64,000 nucleotides of DNA, taken from the NCBI GenBank assembly GCA_951406725.2, contig OX597816.1:124682001-124746000 (forward strand). Reading direction: 5' to 3'. Source of the stretch: Octopus vulgaris (lineage: Eukaryota). Of this stretch, positions 1-11,001 are shown in pieces. The notes under the pieces were generated by a model. It was not told where the DNA came from. It made no database searches and worked only from the letters and a program-made list of their open reading frames with translations. Made by a program: the position numbers and the translations under genes. Numbering within the stretch: position 1 is the stretch's first letter; every line of letters begins with the position of its first letter.

Positions 1-158
1 CTGCTGTTTAGAATAACACCTACGTAAATATTGTAAACAATACATTCAAAAGAGATATCTCAAGCATTCGATCACTACTACCATCATCAACATGTCACTT
101 TCAGGGCACTTGACCATTTAACGTTCTAGTATTGACATATCACTCCCACATTCTTTTT

Positions 159-235
159 CTCCTCCTCCTCCTCCTCCTCCTCCTCCTTCTTCTTCTTCTT
201 CTTCTTCTTCTTCTTCTTCTTCTTCTTCTTCTTCT
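159..235. repeat. (CCT)n(CTT)n microsatellite
   Basis: Direct reading. Confidence 0.95.
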
Positions 236-384
236 CTGCCATGAATTCACAACCCACAAGAGTAAACAAGAGAGACAGAGATAGGCAGAAACAAGGAGAA
301 TGCACCTTATATTTGAATACTATGCAAATATTCTTTCAAAAAAAATTTTCAATTAATTTTTCCAAAACTTAATTATTTTCCATA

Positions 385-428
385 ATTACAGTTGAAAAAG
401 TCTCAATGACCGAAACTGGTAGTGAAAT
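385..428 (+). ncRNA. Degenerate Type I hammerhead ribozyme-like motif near the 3' end of a PLE-like remnant
   Basis: attacag-TTGAAAA-a-GTC-tcaat-GAC-c-GAAAC-tg-GTA-gtgaaat. The core is mutated from CTGANGA. Helix II GTC/GAC, near-palindromic ACTGGT helix III, and (TA)n about 50 nt downstream. Confidence 0.45.
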
Positions 429-491
429 GTTTCTTATAAAATTATTTCACCATTTCCTACCTTGAATTTTTTCGATATATATATATATATT

Positions 492-793
492 ACCGTGATC
501 ACCATCACAGGCTATCAGATGTTGCTACACATCGCTGGTCAAAATGCGCTTCACATTGTTTTAGCCTTCAAATGATGCCGCACTGCTGGCTAAGCGAGCA
601 GGCCAACAGAAGAAAGAGTGAGAGAAAGTTGTGGCGAAAGAGTACAGCAGGGATCTACCCCCCCCCTGCCGGAGCTTCGTGGAGCTTTAGGTGTGTTTCG
701 CTCAATAAACACACACAAACTCAGTCTGGGAATCGAAACCCCAATCCTACGATCGCAAGTCCACTGCCCTAACCACTGGAACATTGTGCCTCC
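492..793 (-). mobile_element. tRNA-derived SINE
   Basis: Minus strand begins ggaggcacaatgttccagtggttagggcagtggacttgcgatcgtaggattggggtttcgattccc, with A-box-like and B-box (GTTTCGATTCC) motifs. Confidence 0.8.
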
Positions 794-914
794 ACATATA
801 AATATATATATATGTGCGTGTGTGTGTGCGTTTGTGTGTGTCTGAGTCTCTGTGTGTGTATGTGTGGGGGTGTATACATATATATATATATATATATAGA
901 CAGACAGAGATATG

Positions 915-979
<65 letters not shown>
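915..979. repeat. (GATA)n microsatellite
   Basis: Direct reading. Confidence 0.95.
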
Positions 980-980
<1 letters not shown>

Positions 981-1031
981 AGCACATGTTATATGTCTCT
1001 ACCTGTATAAAATGCGGAAGTATAAATAATC

Positions 1032-1197
1032 CTTTCTACTATATGCACGCACAGGGTTAGAAATTTCGATTACGTCGACCCATTATTCATCTGGTATTTA
1101 ATTTAGAGACACCGAAAGGACGAAAGGCAAAGTCGAGTTCAGAAGATTCTGAAAACGAATGAAATGCCAGTAAGCATTTTGCACGGCTTGAACGATT
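1032..1197 (-). mobile_element. Decayed SINE (family with cctttc..tcctttcggggtcgataaa..aagtaccag core)
   Basis: Similar to the copies at 10784-11001 and 30113-30308. Confidence 0.65.
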
Positions 1198-1254
1198 GTG
1201 TTGATATAATTATATACATTTATATGATTATTTTCTTTCAATGTTGGTGCCAGT

Positions 1255-1408
1255 TAAGGAGGCGAACTTGGTAGAATCTTAAGCATGTTGGTCAAAATTC
1301 TTAGCTTCCTTTCGGAGTCGATAAAATAAGTACCAGTTAAACACTGTGATCGATGTAATCAAGTTCTCCCCCCCCCCTTAGTTTGCTAGCATTGTACAGG
1401 AATTTGAA
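1255..1408 (+). mobile_element. Decayed SINE, same family, internally deleted
   Basis: aaggaggcgaacttggtagaatc head and cctttcggagtcgataaaataagtaccag core. Confidence 0.7.
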
Positions 1409-3766
1409 GTTAATATTGGTGCTATGTAAAAGATAGTCCAGAACTGATTAAAGTCTGTCTTGTAATGTTAGTATTTTACTTGTAACTTTGTTTATTCAAT
1501 ACGAATAGAGTGTCAAATTGACCCGAAAGATATTCGGACTTAGTTTAGATATTTACGTAATTAGGAAAAGCAATTAATTTGACCCACTTATATCTATGGC
1601 TCAGCCAATTAGTTTTATGTATAAGATGAAAATGATGAGATTATGGAAGTAGTGAAATTATAACAATAATAAAGATTATATGGAATTTCATTAATGATCA
1701 TAGTTTCTGAAATCAAAATATTTTACGTTAGCTTTTTGATAAGTCTGTTTCGTGAAGAAGAGAGTTTACTAATTTGTAATCGATTAATTTTCTTTTCACA
1801 TGCGCAGAAGTCAAAGCTGAAAAATAAACTGGTTCAGAATAGTGCAGGCTGTGTAACTGCCTCAAGTATATCTGTCATCCTCATTCGCAAAACTTCTAAT
1901 AGCAAATATAGTTTATCAGTTATAAAATACACACACGAAGAGCTGCATGAATGCAAGCTAAATCGGAATATATAAAATAATAAAAAGCTATTAATAATTT
2001 TAGATATTCAATTGAAGTAAATTAGATATTTATCGATGTCCATAACAGATTTCAAATTTCTACAAATTTGCTTGAATAAACATCTCTCTTCTGTTATTGC
2101 ATCGACTTGAATACATATCAATAGGAAGAGGGTTTGTTAAATATTATGATTACTGAAGATAAATTTACATAATCATGATAATTTTATAGTATACATCGAC
2201 TATTTTTCATTCACTTTATACACATTCTTTGAAAATGTCATTTATACAAAAAAGGCATTTTATCACAATTCTATTTTAAAAATATGTTTCCAACGAATGC
2301 TTTTATCGGGAGATATAAAAATTATATTTACAAGACTCGTTGCTTTTCATAACACAATTATTTGTAATTCGATTGTAAGTTTAACAAAAAATATGCGTAT
2401 AATTTAGAAACTTTGCGGGGAATAAACAACAAACCGAAGAAAAATCAATAAAAAATATTTGTTTCTTGACATATCCTTCATTTTATTTCATTACTCCATC
2501 ATTCAAACGAATCATGAATAACAGTTTGTAAGCGTTAATATGAACATCACGTGTCGTAGATGTCTGAAAATCCAATGTATTGAATGATTAAGCTCTCAGG
2601 CTGTCTTCTTAAATTATCTTATTTGAACGTTTAGTCATTTATGCATCCAGGGTAAAGAAATTAGATGAGACATCAGAATGTCATACAACCTTACTTAATG
2701 TGTATAGTTCGGTGCCCTATCAGTTCAAATATATCAAATTTTTCCCCTCTTCCAGGAGTTAATAATGTGAGCATCATTATGGGATTGAAGTTGATTCAAT
2801 AAACTATAATCATCAAGGTGTACAGAGGACTTTAACAATGATTCAATTTGGTATCTTCATTTATTAACGAAGAACAATGTTTCACCCTTTAACAACTCTA
2901 AATGAGTCAACGATGTTGCATTTACGCTTTCCCATGACATGCTAGAAAGAACAAATAAATCGTCCTCAAATATCACTGTACTATCTTGAATAACGTTCGT
3001 TTTCGATAATGTACTCCGAAACATAGATAACATAACCACAGAGGAAATGATAATCTTTATAGGTGTGCTCAGTCTAAGCTTACTTGGTGTTTAAGAGCAA
3101 TAACAATAACAAAAGTAAAAATTACAAGAACAATGACTTAACATATAATCTAATGACAACAAAATACCCGAAAGCATAAGATTTGTACAGGTTTAATTCA
3201 CTTAGGTAAAAAGGAATTTATTTTCGGAAACGAAGGCAAGTGATTGAATTTAATGGACTCTGTTAAGGCTGCTAATTTGATCGACAGAAATAGCTTATCT
3301 GAACCTAGAGGAGTTGGCACAAAGTTTTGAATCTTATAATAAAAAATAAACTTCTGAGTAGACAACGAAGCATATGGTTGACTAAATTACAACCATATGA
3401 TTTAAAATATACACATGAATTTAAGTTTGTATTTATTATGGAATGTGTACGATAATATAGTTAGACTTGTTTTATAATTTGACTTTTATATCAATTCTGG
3501 TAGAGATCTAAATATTAAATGGCAAACGGCCACATACAGATTGTCGTCTGCATTTCAGTCAGGGAGGAATGTCCCTCCAAGTCTGGAATATGTACGAAAT
3601 GAATAAAACATCGGAGTGTAAGGTAATTTTTCTGTGACTTCAAACAAAACTGCGCATGTGTATGTATGCCCACAGAAACACACACACGCACACACATGCC
3701 AACACTCACATGCAAATATATATATATATATTCATATGCAGCCATATATAATTATGAGTGTATGTG

Positions 3767-3798
<32 letters not shown>

Positions 3799-3939
3799 AT
3801 GAATGTGTATGTATGTATGTATGTATGTATGTATGTATGCATGCATGCGTGTGTGTATGTATGTATATATATACTTATTCGCTGGCAATCTAAATCGAAG
3901 TCCCAAGATCATAGTAACTGAACATCCATCAAATGGAAA

Positions 3940-4550
3940 TAAAGCCTCTTAACGTCTACATAAATAGCTACAATGCAGAAGTGTTCGCGGAAGATTTTGT
4001 GAGTAACTCCCTTGTATTGGAATGGAGTGCCTTTGTTCAGCATACTGCAGGGCAAAGGCCTTAGCATGTTCTCTCCATTAAACAGGAACAGATGTAGAAG
4101 CCGTGAAATTTGATCTTGAGAGTGTACTTGTTTGATTAGCCTGCTCACTCACACTAGTTCGTCATGGGTTGGCAGAGGGATACAATTATTTTTTTTTTAC
4201 TTATACCCAGGAGCAGTAAAGTCTATTACATCGACTCGCTTCTATTCGGCATGATATAGAAAAATTAGCAATTCGTCTTTTTGCAAGCAAAATATGAAAT
4301 AATTGTTTGCATATTTATATTGGCATATGCTTTCCTGGATATAGGATATGGATATTGTTCCATGCTGCATTATCGTGATTTTTGTTTGTTTGTAGACATT
4401 GATCTTCAGTTGAGGTGCTTGGAATAGATTTAGTAATAACAATGGTAGGAAAGAAATTTACTATAAGTTGCATTTTTCTTTGGTTTGTTTGCAGTGCCAT
4501 AAATACCTGAAAACTGAGCTCCATTCGACGACATTTCTTGAACTGAAACA
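3940..4550 (-). pseudogene. Highly decayed Helitron Rep/helicase fragment
   Basis: Frameshifted peptides SSNGAQF, FPTIV..EDQ, YFIFCLQKDELLIFLY, ISRL, KGTPFQYKGVTHKIFREH occur in the order of the Helitron RepHel motifs (SSxEAxWRIF, PTVxxL, AFFxLCQxD..LLY, GRLY, GxTSF..GVxHxTFREAC). Confidence 0.5.
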
Positions 4551-4619
4551 TATCATATCATTAGTATAAGTTCACTGATATATATATATATATATATATT
4601 GTTATTATTATTTATATTA

Positions 4620-5280
4620 TTGTATGATTAAACGCCATGCATCCATTTCCAAACAAGTAATATCTTAATAATTATGATGCGACACTTTCATTCTATTCTA
4701 TTCTATTACTCCTCCGTCTTCTCTTTTCCTTTCTCTAATTCGCTTTAACTCCCCTTCTTCCGCCTCTCGTTTTTTTCTTCTCTTATCTTTTCTCTCATTC
4801 TTTTCTCTCCCTTTCGCCGTTATTTGTCTGTCCCTCTCTCTTCCTCACTCTTTCTCCTTTGCTCTTTTGTTGCTCCCACGTGACCATCGGCCTTCTCTTT
4901 TTTCCTAACTTCTGTTTCTTTCCCTATGATTTACTTGGAGGGAGCAGACGCATCTGTGTCTGTCTCCTGTCCAAGATTACTTCTTCATGTTCGACACCTC
5001 TCCTCGGTTAGGGTTAACAGCCCTTACTGTCCTTCTTGTGTTACCTAATTTGACTCTGCGCAAAATCCCAGATTTTATTTAAATTGTGGGAGCATCTGTT
5101 TTATCGAGGGCGTATCTTGTCATGATTTGCTCGAAATACTGATTAGAAAAACAGTCGACAACTGATGAATGGTCGTTCTTTGTGTTGCGTGTCTTGTTTC
5201 CCATTTGTTTCTTTCGTTGTTCGAAAAAAATTCATATTCCATGTATTCGTATTTCATGGTACGTCATTGTTGAACATCGT
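4620..5280 (+). mobile_element. Probable Penelope-like element 3' remnant
   Basis: Follows a (TA)n tract. Starts with LNAMHPF-like codons resembling a GIY-YIG C-terminus, then a pyrimidine-rich UTR with CTGATGA at 5162. Confidence 0.35.
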
Positions 5281-5344
5281 ACACTGCAGACCGTTGGGGG
5301 GAATGAGACTAAATATGATAATCTGAACGCGCTATACACAGAGA

Positions 5345-5650
5345 ATACGTTGGGCACGGTCATACTTCCGAATCGAATACTTGAATAGCAATTTTGGTCA
5401 AATTAGTGACGTGGAGGCAAGCGTTGTAGTGTTAAAAAAGCTCGCTATGCCAACATTCGTGTCATTCCAGCTAGATTGCCTCGTAGAGCTGGTGCAATTG
5501 CTGAACGTAAAGCTCTGCATTGACCGTGTGACGGTATTCAAGCATTTCATCGTGTATTATTCCTTCCTACTACTAACAAAAGCAGATCATTATCTTGCAG
5601 TCAACTCTGGTGTGGCTCAAGATGTAACTTGCTTGTAGGGTCCCAACCAT
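5345..5650 (-). mobile_element. Mariner transposase fragment
   Basis: Minus strand GIIHDEMLEYRHTVNAELYVQQLHQL...HYNACLH, matching GIIHYELL..TVNAELYxQQL..HDNARPH. Confidence 0.7.
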
Positions 5651-5699
5651 TCTTTCCTCTACTATATGTTGACGTAATGTGTCATTTTATTTTTAATCA

Positions 5700-6170
5700 A
5701 CGGTGGCGATGCGGTAAAAAATTCTGTTTGTGTACACTAGTAGCCTGGTATCGAATTAGCAAGTAGGCGGTAATAGAGAAGCGCTAGAGCTTCTCTCCCT
5801 TGTTCAGAGCATGTGGCACTCATGCAACGAGATTAAAATCTCGTTGTATTAGATGAAGGTCATGGGAGCTCATGCGAGCATCCTATTTGCTGGGTCAATT
5901 TCTTAGTGATTCACTTGAATACTATGGATCCTCATCATATTAGACGGGTCTGCTGGAACGAAGATCGTCTGTGATGTAAAACGACATTTCTTGCAGTGTG
6001 AAAACAAACATTTCTGGGCAGTTCTTACCATAATAGCATCCCCTTTGTACACAAATGAGGCGATCGGCTTTAGCACTTTAAGAATCTTAATTGAAAGTGA
6101 AGAGAAGGTGTCGAAAATGCTCATGTTTTGCTACTTAGCACTCTTTCGTCATATGTCTTAAAAGAGGTAT
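5700..6170 (-). mobile_element. Possible decayed Tc1-like transposase fragment
   Basis: GDAIMV (compare GGSIMVW) and SSHDLHLIQ (compare SPDLNPIE) in the expected order. Very degenerate. Confidence 0.3.
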
Positions 6171-7509
6171 GATAAATTAAAATCTTAAAACCAATAAACA
6201 AAAGTTTTAGAGGAAGAATACAGTTACAAAAATCATGAAATGCGACGCTAAAAATTTCGTATTATTTCAACTAACAATAGAAATTAGGAAGAAATGAACA
6301 AATTTATCTCACAGTGCAACGCAAACAAACACGCGCGTGTGCACACACATATACACAGGATTAAATGTGTGCGTGTGTCTATGTGTGCATGCAGGTACGT
6401 GTGGCTACAATTCTGAATTTTTCTGGAAATAGTCTTAGAAACTGATTTTTCACAAGCAGTAGAATAAATAGGAGGAATTTAGCATACATAAGCAAAAATA
6501 TTTCAAATTTTCCCCATCTTCAATATCAGTTCTATATCCTTGTCGTTCGTCATTTGCGATTTTGTTTCTTTCATTAAACATTTGCACTTTTTCTTTCTTT
6601 CATCCCTCCTCCACCTTTACACAGGCTCCTTACAGAAGCAAGTATACAGGAGGTTATTCACTTGCATCTGGTTTCCACACGCAGCATAACTAACTATTAC
6701 AATTCATATCTGCAAAGACACAGAGAACTTGGTACCTTGCAGTTTCTTTGTATATTTAAATTATATTTTCCTAGGAATCTCTCCCAGTACTGGCTTCCTT
6801 CCCTAATATTTCATTCATTCCGGAGTTGCATTAATAAAGTTCATATATCCTAATGTTATTAATAAGTTGCGTCGGCCTTGTCATATGCAGACGCTTTTCT
6901 TTTTACTTTTACCTACATTCATAGTACAATTCACAGAGACGATCTTTTTCACTTGGCCCTTTTTTTCTATATTCAGATTGACGTTTCATTTATCTGTCAC
7001 TTTCATATTTTCGTATATCTATTCGCACTGTATTTCATAATTTACATTTTGTGTTTCCTAGGTTCACTTTCATCTGTTCTCTCTTTAATATGTGTGCGTG
7101 CGTGCGTATGTTAGTGTATGTGTGTGTATGTGTGTGTCTGTCTTTGTGCCCAAGCGTGTATGTATTTGAATCGCGCTCTGATTTTCGTTTACATATTTGC
7201 TTAGTGCATTTACACTTGTATACGGTCATATGTGTGGATGCAATGCATACTAATGCATAGTATTCGCTAAGTGTAAAGCGATTCATGTGTAGATATATTA
7301 CATTACGTATATGCGTATTGATATGCTAGTTGATATATCTCTTCACGTTGCGCATGTAATCTCAACCACGGAGTAGCCATATGAGTGCAAACTTGTATAT
7401 ATATGTAACTATACTTTTCTTGTATATCCACCACTATGTGCATGTACGCATATATGCAAACGCACATATGTATACGGAAGTATGCATATGTATACATAAC
7501 TATGCATAT

Positions 7510-8040
7510 GTTAAACAGTAAAGCTAATCGTCACATCAAAGTGGCTGTTGAATGTTACTACTAGTTTAACCCCAGGCAGATTCTCCGCCACTTGGTTATC
7601 GGTGCAAGACTCTGCACCCTTTATTTACAATATATGGGTAACGGTTGTGGAGGACGAACCCCTATCACCCTCCAGCAGATAACAGGATCACGAAATTGAC
7701 TCAGTTTCGAGCTATTTGGTCCATCTTTAGTCACGAGTACCTGCATGTTAGAGCGATAATCAGAGTTCGCTATCACTAATAATATATTGTAAACAAAGTG
7801 ACCATCGGTCACTGATTTGCAACAAGCACAATAGCTAGTTGTAAAATCTGAAGGAGAGATAGAGTAGTAACTATCTGCTGGAGGATGGTATGGGTTCCCC
7901 CCCCCCACTAACAAAATATTGTATATAAAAGCTGCAGAGTGTTGCACCGATAACCAGCTCGGAGAGAATCTGCCTCGTGTTAAACAACTGGTGACATTCA
8001 ACAGCCACTTTGATATGGCGACTGACTTCACTGTTGAGTA
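7510..8040. mobile_element. MITE with long (~125 bp) imperfect terminal inverted repeats
   Basis: 7514-7635 (aacagtaaagctaatcgtcacatcaaagtggctgttgaatg...ggttatcggtgcaagactctgca) is the reverse complement of about 7915-8035. Confidence 0.85.
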
Positions 8041-8163
8041 TAGTTACAATTCTATCACTTCTTAAGATTTTACAACTAGCTATTTTGTTTATGTATAATT
8101 TAATTCATGAGAATATTATATGTATAAATATGTTTGTTACTTGTATTTGGATGCACGTTTATA

Positions 8164-8254
<91 letters not shown>

Positions 8255-8314
8255 ATTATTAATGGATAGGTGCATATACTTGTTTTCTTTGCGACTCACT
8301 AGTTACGTATTATT

Positions 8315-8476
8315 GCTGTGGTTGTGTCAAAAAAGCTTGCTTTCCAACCACATGCTTGTGGGTTTGGTCCCACGTCTCACTGCATGACACCTTGGGCGGG
8401 TGTCAACTACTTTAGTCCTGAGCCGACCCAGTCTATTGAGTGGATTTAGTAAACAGAAAGTGAAAGAAAACCAACG

Positions 8477-8507
<31 letters not shown>

Positions 8508-8770
8508 TGTGTGTGTGTGTTTGTATGTATATATGTATACACACACGTGTGTATGTGCATGTCTTTATGTCTGTGTTTGTCCTCCACCACCGCTTGATAT
8601 CCGGTATTATTGTGTTACGTCTCTGTAACTTAGTGGTTCGGCGAAAGAGATGATACAATAAGTACCAGGCTTAAAAAATAAAAGTATTGAGGGTCAATTC
8701 AGTCGATTAAAATTTTTCAAAGTGGTGCTCGAACATGGCCGTAGTTTAATTACTGAAACAAGTAAAAGAT
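8315..8770 (+). mobile_element. Abundant tRNA-derived SINE with internal (TA)/(TG) microsatellite
   Basis: Colinear with 16558-16965. Ends with ..catggccgtagtttaattactgaaacaagtaaaaga. Confidence 0.85.
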
Positions 8771-8885
8771 AGTATGTGTGTGTGTACACCCGTGTGTACT
8801 ATTTGCAATGTGATTGCACCTATGTGTGTGTTTCGTATCAATATATGCGAAGATAGATAGATATAGATAGTTAGATAGACGACAT

Positions 8886-9030
8886 GCTTCTTTCTGTTTC
8901 CATCTACCATATCCGCTGACAATGTTTTATTTGCCTCAGGGCTATAGTGGAAGTCGCTTGCTCAAACTTTCATGTTGTGGGACTGGAAAGGGGACCATTT
9001 CGTTAGTAAGCAAGCTTTTTAGCACAGAGT
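8886..9030 (-). mobile_element. Decayed 5' half of the same SINE family
   Basis: Reverse complement resembles aagcttgctt..agtcccac..cttctactatagcc..ggtagacggaaactgaaagaagc. Confidence 0.6.
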
Positions 9031-9622
9031 TTGCCTCAACGCTTTCTGATCTGAAAGCCGTTAGGTGCGTGGGGCGTATCCGTCTTTTTAAATATCAGGA
9101 AAAAGTGTGAGATATTAAAAGATGGCTTCTAGATGGTAAGCATCTATTGATCAACTCAGTTGGTGAGATGTTAATGCTGGGGAAGCGACACAAGCTATTC
9201 TCTTCGTTCATAGACCGACCTATTTGTAAAGGATGTTGCCATCATGTTGTTATTACTTTGGCGACAGACAGCAATAAAGCATACCCAGTGTCATCAGATC
9301 CATGTAACGGGTACCGCACAATGTTGAATGGAATGTTGAACCAGTTGAATGGGATGTTGAACCAGGTCCACAGTTCGGTCGTCATCCATTGGAACTTTGA
9401 CACAATAGCAACTATAATTTCTACGTGTGTTAACTAAATTTGATGGTGTTAGGTTGATCAACATGGGTGAGGACGCAGTCTTTACAGGGAGCGGGAATTA
9501 ATTTACCCTTTTGTGTTGGACCTATAGTGCCTATAGTCAGGCTATAGTGGTAAATCTGGATTGTCAGCTGCCAGTGGCTTGAAGTTCGTTAACAAGTCGT
9601 ATCTTTTATGACATCAATAAAA

Positions 9623-9796
9623 TACAGTTCTATATTTAAGATATGAGGAATTATGTACATTATTTACATTTGACGGATATTTATCCTCATTTTGTTTCTT
9701 GTTAACGCAACGTTTCGGCTGATGTACCCTCCAGCCTTCATCAGATGTCTTAGGGAAATTTAGAACCTGGGTTCTCATTCCTAAGGTATTTTTCGA

Positions 9797-9861
<65 letters not shown>

Positions 9862-9866
9862 TATTA

Positions 9867-9953
<87 letters not shown>

Positions 9954-10020
9954 TCACTGCCTGGAATCGAACTCGGAATCTTGGGATTAGTAGCCCGCGC
10001 TCTTAACCATTACGGTATAT
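9623..10020 (-). mobile_element. Composite SINE: tRNA-like head + (AAT)n + tail containing a hammerhead ribozyme
   Basis: Head 10020-9950 (cgtaatggttaagagcgcgggctactaatcccaagattccgagttcgattccaggcagtgacc), (AAT)n 9949-9798, HHR 9749-9704. A second copy of the head lies at 50822-50984. Confidence 0.85.
9704..9749 (-). ncRNA. Minimal Type I hammerhead ribozyme
   Basis: gacat-CTGATGA-a-GGCTG-gagggtacat-CAGCC-GAAAC-GTT-gcgtt. Intact core, 5-bp helix II, loopless palindromic AACGTT helix III, and helix I with one mismatch. Confidence 0.85.
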
Positions 10021-10783
10021 GACGGTTTTCAGACATTCAGAGGCAGAATCCGCAGTTGATAATATTTCAGATTTACAGGCTTGTGTGTGAGTTGGAAGGC
10101 GTGGTGCGTGCTTGCATTTTTAGAGGGATTTTGTCTTATCCGGGCCACTCTACGGAAGTACACACACCTCTATAGCTCGGTCCAGTATAGCGCTGGTAGC
10201 CTAGCAATGCGAAACCATATGAACGACCACGCGATGGTAAAGTTAGAAGGATCTGATAAAGATTTTCATAGAATTCGGCCTATCCGTTACAGTTACAGCC
10301 AATTTCATAAGTCGATTTGAAGACAGAAAACGACCATCCTTACATAATGCCCACGTCAACGAAATGCCCAGCCATGTTGTATGATAATAAGCGTCTGTAT
10401 TTTAAGGGTACTTTTATTTACAAACTTGGAGTATAATTTGTTGAGAATCAGACTTTAGAAGTGAAATTCTCTGAACAGTAAATATTATAATCTGTCTGCA
10501 ATGTTTTGAAATTATGTGAGTATATTAATGTCTCTTTTAAATTTAGCAAGGACAGGAAACCAATTATCTGTGTTAATTCAACAAATTTGCAAGTAACAAT
10601 GTGTTTCTGTTGCCAAGAGGCCTCGGGACAAGAGAGATCAATTGTCTTTTGTTGTACACCGTACAAATATAATTTAATTGATATTATTAAAATAGAAAAC
10701 ACTCTTTATTTTTTGTGGTATCAATACTATCGCCTACTTAGCTACAAATCAGAGCTATGTCTGAATTAATCTACAGAGGAAAA

Positions 10784-11001
10784 ATATTCTTTTCTAATAT
10801 AGGCACAAAGCCCGAAATTTTGGGGGAGAGGCCAGTCGATTAGATCAACCCCAGTACGTAACTGGTACTTAATTTACCGACCCCGAAAGGGTGGAAGGCA
10901 AAGTCGACCTCGACAGAATTTGAATTCTGAACGTAAAGACAGACGAAATACAGCTAAGGAATTAGCCTTGCGTGCTAACATTTCTGCCAACTCGCCGCCT
11001 T
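10784..11001 (-). mobile_element. Full-length SINE with 9-bp target-site duplication
   Basis: Head aaggcggcgagttggcagaaatgttagcacg and core gtcgactttgccttccaccctttcggggtcggtaaattaagtaccag. AGAGGAAAA at 10775-10783 and 11002-11010. Confidence 0.9.

Noticed and set aside
10030-10330. Possible old LINE endonuclease remnant (NDHAMVKL..YSQFHKS)
   Set aside because: Only a faint resemblance to SDH..WKFN, too degenerate to call.
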